A stretch of 60,909 bases of DNA, filler included, from Sphacelaria rigidula (taxonomy: Eukaryota): NCBI GenBank assembly GCA_964200075.2. It is 4 parts of 4 records of this genome, joined end to end, with 100 filler letters (N's around TTAATTAATTAA, not from the genome) between each part and the next. Parts side by side here need not be neighbours in the genome. Positions count along the whole stretch, not along the records: positions 15,257 to 30,410 come from CAXNAA020001885.1; positions 30,511 to 45,662 come from CAXNAA020001886.1; 2 more parts are not named here. One strand, 5' to 3'. Shown one piece after another: positions 25,301 to 37,368 of the stretch. The position numbers and the translations under genes are program-made. The notes beneath the pieces are model-generated. The model did no database searches. It had not been told where the DNA came from and saw only the letters and a program-made list of their open reading frames with translations. Position 1 is the stretch's first letter; each line of letters starts with the position of its first letter.

Positions 25301-27623
25301 TGTCCGAGGACGCAGACCCAACTTTCGCAAGTTGTGATGGGGAGATGGACTGTATCGTCGTCGTGATTTTCGTCAGCATAAGGCGATTTCCGCAAGTGGG
25401 TCTCGTCCGTTGGAAATGGTGGTGCCTCGACAGTATAGACATTATATAATGTTTCACCTTGTCGGTCGTCTCTTTACTTTTCCCCCCGTGAACTATATTT
25501 TTGCGTGTCGCTCGGATTAATCGTTGCTCTTCACTCTTCCATAGTGTTGCGAAACGGACCAAGAGAATCAAGTTCGTCAAGTTGCGGCGCAATCATCTAC
25601 TGAATTCAACAAAAAACATCTATGCACTCACGAAAGGTGCTCTGCTAAATTCTTGAGGCCATTTGGTAAACTTGGCTCTCGAAGTCATACCTCAAACATG
25701 ATTTTGTAACGGTCCCTAACCGTGGTGTCCAAAAAATACACGGCGTATGACACGCACCAAGCAGTTGTTCATCGCAATTCACGACTCTTGTTTGTCCTGT
25801 TGCGAGACTGCCCGGATTGTCTATACTTTTTGTGGACTGCGCATATGTTTTTTGTCTACAAGAACACGACGGAATGGAGATTGCCGTTCGAACTTACGCT
25901 AGTACACTTGGGTATTTCGCTGGTTTTCTGCCTATCGTGAGGGCCACCATTAAATTGTGAGATCATTAGCAACTCCCATCATGCCGGACCGTGCCCCCTC
26001 TTCATCTTTTCGCGTACCACACCTCAGCCCGCTGCTGCTGTCGATAACCATCCCTCCATCCTTCACCGACTTTTTTTTTTCTATGGAACGCGGTTTCCCC
26101 CGCGGGCTAACACATCTGCGAGAAAATAAACCCGCCTCCTCAAACGTTAGCCCGCTGGTACGACAGTGGCGAAAATAAAGAGGATGATGATCAGCACCTC
26201 GTCAGGAGGGGTTTAATGACTTCGATTTTCTGGATAAAGTCGTGCTAGAATAACGCCCATGTTTCGTACGGATTGTTCCTTCGTCGTTTAAAGCTGAAAG
26301 CTGGTGCATTTTTTCCCAGCCATTGGATTTTGGCACAACAGCAGGATAGTACATGCAGGACGATAACGTTCCATCTTTTTTCGCGTCACTCCGCTGTTAT
26401 TTGTGTAGTACGCTATCCAGCGGCAGTTCCCTTCTACCTGTGGGACAAGAACTCAGCAAACGATCAGGCATCGGGGGGTACTGTTGTGCTTTTGATATGG
26501 TGCAACAGTGCGAGCCGTCTATCGAAGGTCAAAAAACCTTGTGTAGCAGGCGGATGCCATTGATTTCCGGGCTTCTCGCAATGTTCGGCTGGCACCAACT
26601 CGTCAAACTGTTTGTATCCGCCGGGAAAAGGAGAAGCAATCGTTGAGGTCTGTCGTCATCAAATTTGGATGCAAAGATCATACCAGGTGGTCGCACATCG
26701 CATCGACATCTCCTTCACTCCCTGGGAAAAAAAGCACTTGCTTTGTTGAAGGAGGCGCGATAGTCATGGAGACACGTCTCCATCGAGAAGAGACCAGCAC
26801 CCATGCTTTTTACCCGTGATGGTTCTGCGCTGCACGCTGTGTGGGTATCCGTGTGTGTGGGGGGAGGGCGTGGGTGTGGGTGCAACACCTAAACAGGCAA
26901 CAAGTTTAGCAGTGGGATACGCAGAACGGTCGCAGCACCCAACAGTATCATTCCATTTTCGCGTCTGTGTTGCCAGACCCACCAAATCCACACACTTACC
27001 GTCTACTGGTGAGATCACAAGCGGGCCCTCGTTGGTGGCCACACGTTTCCCTGCCAACCCCGCGCACGCACAGCTTTTAACGGGTCGGCTTTGAGTCTGG
27101 GAAGAAAGGGGCCATAACATCCACATTAGCGTTCCCCCAAATATTCCTCAGAATGCAAAGGCGTATCTTGCGCGTACGTGTTGCTCTGTTGTCTTTTTCT
27201 CGGAACGAGAACAAACGAGGAACGTTCGCACTCTCGAAAGATGTAATAAGATGAAGTGGAGAAAGAATACTCGAAAAAATTGTGAAGCCTTCAAACCTTT
27301 GCCTCCGCACTGTGTTTCACTTTTCTCCCTACGCATCAACGCACGTGCAGGATCCGCCCGAAGATCCAGACACGTACGAGTGGACGACCGCCTACTTCGC
27401 GGGATACGCACTATTTTGTGGCGGTGTGGCGGTGGGACTGACGAACTTGGCAAGCGGTATCTCTGTGGGCATAGCCGGAAGTAGTTGCGCTCTCGCAGAC
27501 GCCCAGGACGCTTCACTTTTCGTAAAGATTCTGATCGTGGAGATTTTTGCGTCTGCCCTGGGGATCTTCGGAATCATTGTTGGCATCATCCAGTCAAACT
27601 CCGCTGAGTTCCCGCAAGTATAA
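19396..27623 (+). CDS. VMA16: V-type H+-ATPase 21-kDa proteolipid subunit c'' (191 aa, two exons)
   Basis: Exon 1 19396..19698 is MSGVG...[74 protein letters not shown]. Exon 2 27351..27623 is cag|DPPEDP...[63 protein letters not shown]...*. The phase-0 join carries the signature motifs of ATP6V0B/Vma16, with two ATP-synthase-C repeats and both conserved Glu. Confidence 0.95.
22300..25750 (-). mobile_element. Degenerate transposon/gene relic with PHD-finger-like fragments, inside the VMA16 intron
   Basis: Broken minus-strand frames contain KVYCFCR...IIAG.S.NE...WYLLT (~23470-23375), [11 protein letters not shown]/(frameshift)LTC (~22715-22660) and CPAVMHRHC (~22376-22349). There are many stops and frameshifts, and termini are not resolved. 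Confidence 0.3.
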
Positions 27624-29407
27624 CGCCCGTACTTTCATTTTCTGCATATCTAGTATGCCCACTCTAGTCTAGTCTCCGTAGACCCTTCCTCCCCCCTCCC
27701 CCTCTCCCCTTCGGGCCCCGATATTTTTTTCAATGTTATGTTGGTACGCCCCCTACCCCCTTGTGTCCTTTCTCGTGTGGTTCGTCTTCTCTGCTTCCGT
27801 TTCTGTCTTGAATCTCGTTGCATCGTGAGGGTGAAATTAGCTCGTTTGTGGTCTCCAAATGTCGAGTCGCGCTCATCGCTGCTGATGTTCTCTCTTGATT
27901 CGAGATAAAATGAACACGCCGTAGGGGAGATGTCCGTTTTTTTCCAGTGTTGATGTGGAGGCACTAGTGGTTGTGAGAGGGCAGCTGAGGTTTCGGATGA
28001 CAGTTCGATCGGCTAGTATTTGGGAGGGTTCGCGTCGACTGAGCCGTGTTTGCAGTTTCGCGAATTTGTATGTTGCTTCAGTGACGTAATTTGAAGTATT
28101 TTTTCTGTAAATCTGCTTCCAACAACGGAGGAAGTCTCTTGTTATTTTATCTCACCCTTGTAGTAGACACGTTGTGTGTTTCGATATTTCAGACTGCATT
28201 TTTTCCGCGTTTTTTTCCGTGTCGAGGTGAAGGCGACGGGGGGACGGAAGCCGGAAATTGTCATTTTTTTTCATGATTGAGCTCTCTGAGCTGCAAGTGG
28301 CTTGGCTCACCTCGGTAACACACCGACATATTTTCCAAGGTACGTCATCCCGGTTTTTGCTGAACCCCTCGCTCAGGAGGATCAAGGCCGGGTTGATTTC
28401 TCACATGAACGAGCGCGAAAATCCAGCAGTGTTTGACGCGTCTAACCTGTGCAACGTTCATATGCCAGCTGTCTTGCCGACATTTTTGCACTTTAATTCG
28501 GTTTATCGAACTGGCCACAATTATTTGACATCATCGTGGGTGAGGAATGGTGTCTCGTGCAAATAGGCGGCAGTGATATGAGGCAAAGAACAGGACCTGA
28601 AGTTGTGTGAGTCGAACGGGGGATTCGCCTCCCCTGAACAGACACCTGCAGTAGTTTTGTGGAAACCTGATTTTCCCATAGCGAAGAACTCCAAGCCTGC
28701 AACACCGCGATTCACACGCGTGCCCCCACGTGTTCGGCTGAGGTCGTTGTTGAAGCCATCAGTAATACGTACATACTTGATCTCGAGAATACGAGTATTG
28801 ATTCTGCTAGTCTCTGCACAGTACGTGTTGGAACATCAGCCTGGTTTGGATCCTACTGGTTTCCCCATCTCACCTAGTCTATAGGTAACATCAACATATG
28901 GGAGAGCGCACGCCGGGTATTCACTAGCTCGTTGAACTTCAGTAGTAGCGCTCAATCATGGAAGCTACTCCTCATGTCAAGCACCCTCATTCATGAGAAG
29001 CGAACAGCACGTCGATGTTTTTTGTTCGCCGCAGCGGGGGGGGTGGACTCGGGTTATGGCGATCAATCAACATGGTGCTTTTCAACGCTTCCTTTGCTCT
29101 CTTTTTTTTGTCTCCTCAAGATAAATCATTATTTTCAAAGATGTAGGCTTATACTTCTAACACGGGTGGCCGCTGGTACACGTCATTTCACGAGGTTACG
29201 GCCGAACGTAGTCTACCCGCATTTTGGAACCTGGAAGGTTCCGTCATGTACCCGCGTAACCTCTGAGGTTACCTAACGTTCGCAACCACAAGGTGGAAGG
29301 TTATGGAAAGTGCCTGTTCGCTTCGTGAACAGAATACATGCCGTGTGGACCGTCCCGATATCACACTTGAGTACTACGGGGCTTCCTGCCCCTCACACTG
29401 ATAAAAG

Positions 29408-29644
29408 CCGAAAATTCTGGCGGGCTTTGCGAAGTTCGTATGATTGCTTCTGCTACTTGCCCACCCTGTCCCGATGACCTCGGATGCCGGCAATGCTCAC
29501 ACACATTTATATACAATGCACGAGCGCACGGTAGCGACAGCTTGTAGCCGAAGTATCAACATCGACTTCTAGTGGTATGTGGTCGAGGCACGCGGAACCG
29601 AACATGATCCCATAGTGAAATCATGGTAGGTGATGAGCTTGGAG
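29408..29644 (+). repeat. Dispersed repeat family X, copy 2
   Basis: Same order of motifs as 18028-18314, with an internal deletion. Confidence 0.75.
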
Positions 29645-30410
29645 TAGGCTCGAGTTTCGTATGCGTGCATCAAGTTTAGCTTAATTTCGTGTTTTTGAGC
29701 TTGATTAGGCCTGTTTCGGCAAAGCTTATAATCGGCTTCGAGTCATCCCACGATAGGGGGGGGGGGTATTTCGCTGCACGAGAAAAGAGGCTCATGGGTA
29801 TGTCAGACGACCTGCCACACTCGCGGTGCGCTTGTCTGTGTTTACAAACGGTGTCAGGCAGTATGAATAAGCGTTGCACATCTATAACAAGCTCGTTCGA
29901 CCAACCGTTAATGATTTCAACGCCGATGTCACTCGGAATTTCGTCCAACAAATGGCCCGAAATACCCCCCTCCCTATCGTAGGATGGATCCTTAACACGC
30001 TTGAAACGAGCTCAACTTGCTTGAAACGCGCAGAAATTGCGATATTTTGCTCGCAAGTGCTCCATGTGGTGTAACTCGCCACCAGACAGGCCGACAGGCG
30101 TCAGGCTTCAGGCTCCAACACTCAATACTTCAATTTTCCATGGTCATGTTTCGTGTTCCAATTTTGTTGCGGGTCTGATGAGCAGACTGCTCCAGGTACT
30201 AACAGTGAATCCTAGAAAATGGGGTTGATACAAAATATGGGGTTGAAGTTGCATTTCTCTTTTGCAGGGAAGACGCGAAACACTAGCGACGTAGCGAAGC
30301 CATCTTGCCCTCCAAATGTCCGCAGGAGTTGAGCAGCTAACAGGGTTGCCAGAAAAATGAGAACGTATTTTGAAATGAGAATCAACCGCTCCCCGGGATT
30401 GTGTCCATTT

Positions 30411-30510
30411 NNNNNNNNNNNNNNNNNNNNNNNNNNNNNNNNNNNNNNNNNNNNTTAATTAATTAANNNNNNNNNNNNNNNNNNNNNNNNNNNNNNNNNN
30501 NNNNNNNNNN
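30411..30510. other. Artificial contig spacer N44-TTAATTAATTAA-N44
   Basis: Exactly 100 bp, same structure as the other two spacers. Confidence 0.97.
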
Positions 30511-30588
30511 TGGGGAAAGCACTGTTTTGGGCTTGAGCCTCATCTCGAAGTTAAACCTCAATTCTCACAATTTGTTGTTATAGGACAG

Positions 30589-33500
30589 TTGGATGGAGTG
30601 TTCACTTGGCTTGACGATATTCTTATCGCGACCACATCCTGGGACGAGCATCTAGCCCTTCTCGTGATCGTGTTACAACGCTTGTTGGTCGCGGGATTCT
30701 TGGTGAACTTCGCCAAGTGCATTTTTGCATTGGCGTCGCAGGAGTTTCTGGGCATGCTGGTAGATAGCAGCGGCCCTCAACCCGCGCCATCCAAGCTCGC
30801 CACCATCGCCGAGATGCCCAGACCATCCACCATCGAGGAACTACGTACCTTCCTCGTCCTCACAGGGTACCTGCGCCAGTTTGTTGAGAAATACAGCCTT
30901 GTAGCCGCCCCACTAATCGATCTGCTCCGCAACAAAGATTTCGCGTCCAAGCGTGCACGAAAGCTGTCCATACCGTGGAATACCGAGCGGGAAGAGGCGT
31001 TCCCAGCCCTCAAAGCGGCCTTGTCCTCGCCGAAGGTACTAGCCTTCCCCGATCCCAACAACTCGTTTATACTGCAGACGGACGCGAGCGAGGTGGGGGC
31101 TGGAGCCATGCTATTGCAGCCGATGGGGTGCGAAACACGTATCGTATCATTTGGCAGCCATCGATTCTCTCGTAACGACTCGCGCAGAGCATCCACAGCA
31201 CGAGAGTGCATGGCTGTCTTGTGGACTGTCCAACACCATAGAGCATACTTGGCGGGAAGAAGGTTAACGTTGATCACGGACTATTCGGGACTCATATGGA
31301 TGTTCCATAGCCGCGATCTCTGCCCCAAGTTACACAGGTGGGCCTTGCGGCTAATAGAGTATGACATCGACCTCCAGTGGCGGGAGGGGTCCCAACATGT
31401 GCTGCCAGATGCATTGTCCCGACTCCCACACGCGAGTGAGCCACAGCCCGACATTGATAACTCCTTTCCGGAAGATTTCACGTCGGGCTCGCCGACACAA
31501 TTTGTAGGCCCACAGGGACCTCAACTCGCGGGACAACGGCTGTCGGACCTACAACCAGAAGGAGCGGGTACGTCAGTAAGTGCAGACACAGGTATGCACT
31601 CATCGTCGGATGCTAACGATCCACTGGACATCACCACCCTGAGTCTACTCCGTTTCTCAGAATGCGCAGTCATCAATGATAACCAACCCGTGCGCCGGTC
31701 AACTCGTGTTCGCAGACCGTCAGTACGCCCTCAACCCTCCGATGCCGCGTACACAACACCTCTGCCCTTCACTCTTCAAGTAGCCGACCCGAATCCACCC
31801 GAAGAGCCAACGCCGATTGAAGTACCGCTACAGGTGCCGAAACCGATCATTCCCCCGACCACCGGTGAAAGGGTAGAAGTGGGTGAAGTGCTCCTAGCCG
31901 AGGGAGAAATGCCTGCGGGGTTAACGGATCTGGACTTGACGGACACAACGGCGATCGAGCGTGCCCTCCGGATACTCACCAACGTGAGCAATCTCCGGCA
32001 CCACCAACAAAGAGATCCCTTTCGCAAACAGGTGCAGTCAGATCTTGCAGGCAGCGAAACACCAGAGACGGTGAGTGAGAGACGGTCAGATTACAAAGTA
32101 GACGAGCAAGGTATACTGTGATACCGAGCAGCCAACGATAAGGAGCTGCTAGCTGTGCCGAAAACGGTAGTAGCCGACCTGTTGGCACTCGTGCACACAC
32201 TCCACGGACATGTCGGAGAAGGCGCCACCCTTGCTCTGATACACGATCGCTTCCACTGGCCCACCATGACACGTGACACCAGACAGTACGTGCTATCGTG
32301 CAGCTGTAGACGACGCAAGAAGGCAAACAGCCGTCAAATGGCGATGAGACCGGGGCGCACTTTACACCCATGGACTGAGTTGCAAATTGACCTAACCATT
32401 GATGTGATGTTGCACTCGCGCGACAAGTACATTCTGCTGGTACTTGACCGCGCCTCCCGATTCCCGTTCGGGTTTCCTCTGTCATCAAAGAAAGCGGGCG
32501 AGATCGCACGCATCCTAGCAGAGTTGTGCCTAACGTTTGGTGTCCCACAAATGATCCGCTGCCACAGGGGCAAAGAGTTCAGGGCTGATGTCGTCACGCA
32601 TCTATGCAGGTGGTTAAAGGCAGACATCGCTTTTGCGCCGTCGAACCACCTACGCGGTCAGGGAGCGGTCGAGCGACTTGGGGGATGGCTGTTGGACATG
32701 ATATCGAAACTATGTAGGCTGTGGCCCCAGAGGGGGGATGAGTATGTCTCACCCGCCCTCCGGATCAAGCGCACATTGCCCGACACATCGTTTCCCTCTA
32801 ACATGTCCTCTTTTGAGCTGCTGTTCGGCCGCAAACCGCGCACATCGCTAGACTCGCTCGTGCCCCTCTCACAAGAAGCAGAACCGAGCAAGGGACTAGA
32901 TGCCTTCGTTGAACAGCGCAGACAGAACCTCCGTGAGGTAAGGATGGCGATGGACAAGAGGCAGGGGGCAAAAGCAGCGTCGCGGGAGAAGGACAATGCA
33001 GCCATCTCGAGACCATCACCGGGCGTGTCGGTCACGGAAGGGGATCTGGTTATGGTGAGGGAGAGTGAAAGCTCCACGTATCGAGATGGCAGGGGCAGGA
33101 AGCTGCAGCACGACAGGTACACAGGACCTTGGACGGTGAAAAAGGTACTGATGGTCGGACACAGTCTCGAGGTAGTGATGCAAGGACGAAAACTACGTAC
33201 GCGCACAGTAGCTCCGTCTGATGTCAAACCGTACCATGTACGGCCGCCGCACTTGAGACACTCCATTGCCGACGAGTTCGCCCAGTTCGCATGGGGATCG
33301 GACTTCAAGATATCGTCTTCGCCCAACTCCTCACCCCGCCTCCTTACCCTAGTGAACCGCCGCGACTGCAAATCGGGGAGAGGTGCAGGTTGGGAGTATC
33401 AAGGAAGGACGCAGGAGGGGGCGACGTCAGACTGGCTTCCGGAGAGCAAAGTCCTGGAGAGCTTCACACCTCTGCAACTGGATGGCTTCCACGCACTGTG

Positions 33501-33777
33501 GTGTCTTTACCACCCGCCTAAGACACCAAGTACGCCATCTCGCCTGAGCATCCGCCAGACCCCACTGTCACGCAGTGACGCCCTGAACTTGTTCCCCATA
33601 GGTTATACGTTCTGGAAGAATTTCGGCGGGGTCAAGCAGAGAGGACAAGTGCTCGACTACGGCAAGCGTTTCTGGAGAGTGCGATACGACGACGGGGACT
33701 GGGAAGAGTTGTCACGGAGAGAACTCCAAGAGCTAACGCAGTTGAGCGAGACGGCAACACCGCCAGTGACGAACTAG
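30589..33777 (+). pseudogene. pol: Gypsy pol (partial RT, RNase H, integrase + chromo-like + Tudor-like), one in-frame stop
   Basis: ORFs 30589..32121 and 32155..33777 are in the same frame and separated by TGA at 32119-32121 (TGG in copy 2). The integrase second Asp is changed (IRCHRGKEF versus IRCDRGKEF in copy 2). Confidence 0.88.
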
Positions 33778-34972
33778 GAAGCGGCGCAATTGGAAAAAAA
33801 AAAAAAGCAAAAAAGATAAAGGCACTAGATGGGACAAAACGTAAAGTAGCAACCCTTCAGCACGGTGCCTTGAGAGTGTGCCGTCTATATCCTGTTGTCT
33901 CCGGTTTTTCTTTCTCTTTTCATACGTATATAGTTGAGGAAGTACGAGTCTTGTCTTGAGGGGTTTTTTCTCTTCTTTTTTGTCCCTTGTCTCGTGCCCT
34001 TTTCCTTTGTATTTTTTAAATATATAGTCTGGCGAACGGAGCTCGTTGTATTAGCCGTTTCTTTTTTTTTCTACGTCTCTCCTGGGTTCCATAGTCGCTT
34101 TTGCTTGTTTTCTATAGCCTTTTCTGGTCCTATAGCGCCTACGCGGCTCCTCTATTTCTTGATTTTCTTCTTCCGAATCGATGCAGAGTTGCGGTACCCT
34201 TTTCCCGGCTGTGTACTATTGCTCTCTATATATATATATGTTCTGTTCTTATTTTTTTTATTTTTTTATTTTCCTCTTTGTTACCTCTGTGGTCAGTCCT
34301 AGTTCCGCTTCACGTTTTTCTTTCTCTTTATTTTTGGTATCCGTGAATGCGGATCCGACTTTAGGGTGCCCCACTCTTTTATAGAGAAAAATCATGTAGA
34401 ATCAGCATTGTGCAAGAAGAGGGGGCACCGAGTACCTGCCTGGACACTGTATCATGATAGAACTCTTAGATATTTTAGAGCCCCCGGTGTCCAGTAGGTC
34501 GGCGGTTGCTGGTCGACGGGAGAAAGCCCACGCGCTCCCATCGACCAGCAAACGTATTGGGTTTTTTTTAGTGGGTCAGCTTTTTGCGAGTCCCACACTA
34601 CCCAGGATCGATCTAATCGATCACGGGTGTCTCAGCGCCATCATCACCTGAGGATGGTTTTCTACTATTCTCAGTGGTTTCTGTTTTCAGTGTAACTGGG
34701 ATCCCGGGACGACATAGCACATGCGAAAGCACGCGCTATGACCCGAGAGGGCGTGAGAGATTTTTTCCCCAAACGATGGGGCTTTTTCCCTGAATACCAG
34801 CTTTGGCCCATATTTTGATTTCATGACGAGTTTTTCCCGTGGTCATCGCTAGCCCTGAAATTCCGCGGTTTCCTCGTCGATTTTAGGCTGATTTCATATA
34901 TTTGAGTGGATCCTTCTTTGGTATGAAATAAGTCGTGGCATTCCCTACTTTGCATTACAGCGCACAAAAAGC

Positions 34973-34984
34973 AAGAGAGGGGGA
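34973..34984 (+). promoter_or_regulatory. Polypurine tract of Gypsy copy 1
   Basis: AAGAGAGGGGGA directly precedes TGTGTGACGG, 1.2 kb downstream of the pol stop. Confidence 0.7.
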
Positions 34985-36647
34985 TGTGTGACGGCGGATA
35001 TCAATCGTCTATATAGAAGGCGTTCTCGATGTGCGTGATATGGGCGATAGGTCGTACTCCAGCTGTACGTTGGTGTGGTTATATTCCAGTCGGGTTTTGC
35101 AGTATCGTCCCAACCTGGTCACTCGTGTTTTAGCTACCTAGCCAGGACTAATTTCTAACAGAGCTATTAGCCACCACTTGGAGACATCTCGCTTGCAAGC
35201 AAGTCAAGAGCACCTCTTCTGCACGTGAAAGTGAGTCCCTGCTTGGCCTTGCGATGCAGTGCTTATCGGACTTGATGGTCTGTCACTCACGAGCTCAAGG
35301 GTCATTCCTCTCGACTGCGATTGTTCAATGTGGCCAGCCGCTGACCTCGTGTCACCCCTGGCCGGGCGTGTTCTTTGAGAGTGACGCCAGTATCACCTCG
35401 GGATCAGACCACGACATGGTGACCAATCGAGAAGATAACCAGTACTGCTTAGTCGCATCACTGTAGAGCTGTCCTGTTTCACGCTGTGTTTGCATACAGT
35501 GTAAAGTCAGGCTTTCTATTCAAGCTTGGAGTCGGCCAAGCACCGGCCAGTGTCTTTCGGGCAAGAAAAATGTCATGCCGTTTCGTTTCTAGAAGCAACC
35601 ATCGAGCCGGCCAGATCGCAGCTGTCTTGTGCTTTGATATTTCCCACGCCAAAGTAGCACTGTAAGTACATCCTGTCGTGCACCCTCATACACGGTCCTG
35701 CGTGTTCACGGCGTGGTAACCCACGCACTCCATCGCTACGACAGAATGTTGCAAAGAGCATGCGTTCGCCTGTGCACAAGCTTGCGCTGGAAAACGAGGG
35801 AATTTTGAAAATTCTGTTCACGCGTCTCAGGGCAGTACACATTCTTTTTATAGGAAGTCTGGATGTTCCTGTACAGTACAACGTGTGCATTGTGTACTCA
35901 AGTGCTTTGTAGGCTGCAGGTGAGTGCTTTTGTCCCACTACCAGAGATTGAAGTGAAGTGGCCTGAGACGGTAACCGGCGAACATGCGTGCGAAGAGTGC
36001 ATATGGCCAGCAGTTGCGGGTGAAGTCCATCTGGAGGTAGGTATATACACAGACTGTTGATTGCTTGCGACCAGTCAGATATTGGGAGACCGCACTTCGC
36101 GTGCAATGTGCGCGGTTCAGATGTGTCTTTCATGTCACTCTCCCATTCGATATGGTGCGGCGGTACCTACCATGTTAGCCAGGTACGTGATCGCACGGTG
36201 TTTGCACTGTACTGTGTGCTGTGGCAGCGTGCTTGCACTGTGCAACTTTGTACCAAACAGGACTGCTCGAGCAGTTGTTCGGATCATTATATGTGAGTCC
36301 GAATGAATTTATTGCCAACATACGGGGCATCTATGCTGGAGTCATCTTGGCGGCGAAACATGTTCAACGCCCGGCAAATGACGAATGGCCCCTAGTATGA
36401 TGGATTGATGTGCGGCATTGTGAAAAGTCATTGCGCGGGTCAAGTCGTATGGATTCGCTTCCGCTCCACGCCACAACATGTCGCCACTACATTGTTATTG
36501 TGTCGCTAATACATTGGAATCTTCTCATCGGCCTACCTTTTGACACATCATATCGTCACTTCACTACATGGGGCCGTCACAACACTTCATGGGACCGTCA
36601 CAACACTTCATGGGACCCTCACTACACTTCAGAGGACCGTCACTACA
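34985..36647 (+). repeat. Putative LTR (~1.66 kb) shared by the two tandem Gypsy copies
   Basis: Starts TGTGTGACGG right after the PPT and ends CCGTCACTACA (imperfect inverted repeat, TG...CA). It is followed by a ~720-bp leader and gag of copy 2. No second LTR copy is present in the window to confirm the boundaries. Confidence 0.62.
36554..36647 (+). repeat. 21-bp tandem array (~4.5 units) at the LTR right end
   Basis: CCGTCAC at 36574, 36595 and 36637, CCCTCAC at 36616, CGTCAC at 36554; consensus GGGACCGTCAC(A/T)ACACTTCAT. Confidence 0.85.
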
Positions 36648-37368
36648 TGAGTTTCTCTACGCCCGGAAATCGGGGGCAACCAGTGCCGTTGCTCGGCAGC
36701 AGTAGATACACCGATGGTATAAGTGATTATACGCGGGGCTCATGCCTTAATTTTGTGTTGTCCACCCTTTCACTACTGTAGTGCTTCGTCGCGTCCGGTT
36801 CCCCCCTTCGCAGTGACCTATGATTCTATTTTAATTATATTTTTCTACCGTCGTTTTGTTGATTGTTTTTGGGGGGAGGGGATGATTTTATGTATCTCAT
36901 TTGTTTTGAGCACAACGGCCCTTATTTACTTGATTGATGGGATATTTGATTCGTTACGCCAGGTTATATTTTTCCGTTTTTTTCCCGCTACTGTCACACT
37001 AGTGTCTCATATATCTGGATATTTTTCTTTTTTTTTACGCTACAGTCCTTTCGAAAGCAGCAACTTACATGCGGCACGTGAAAATCGGACGATCCCACAC
37101 TAACAATACGTTCCCCCGTCCGCCCCTGCCACTTTCGCTGTTCGATTTTGCTCGTCCCATACGCACCTGCGCAATGCTACGACTCATATCATGGTCGTCG
37201 GTGTCGCACCATACCCTGTCATCGACCGGGTCCTCCTCCCTCATCGCCATCTCGCATGAGCGAACACCCATGCGTGTCTTTTACCATCCTTATGATTTTT
37301 TTTCCGCACAACTTATTCATGTCTCCCTCCGCCCCTTATCGCATGCCGCTCTTCGACGATTGATAGAG

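Larger units (their letters stand above)
30581..36647 (+). mobile_element. Ty3/Gypsy LTR retrotransposon copy 1 (5'-truncated within RT; RT-RNaseH-IN, 3' UTR, PPT, LTR)
   Basis: Domain order RT (WLDDILI, NFAKC..., EFLG), RNase H (QTDASEVGAGA, RECMAV, LITD, HRWALRL, PDALSR), integrase (H-x3-H...CSC; D, D/E; YTGPW). High similarity to copy 2 begins at ~30581 (taggacagttggatggagtg). PPT at 34973-34984 is followed by TG. Confidence 0.9.

Noticed and set aside
32658-33371. Long antisense ORFs over integrase (also 43056..44033)
   Set aside because: Shadow frames of pol in GC-rich coding DNA; their limits differ between the copies and there are no motifs.
33934-34384. Hydrophobic ORFs after pol as an env-like gene
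   Set aside because: They arise from T-rich low-complexity sequence and the frame is not conserved in copy 2.
36554-36647. 21-bp array as a CRISPR-like array
   Set aside because: Units are contiguous with no unique spacers; eukaryotic context; no cas genes.
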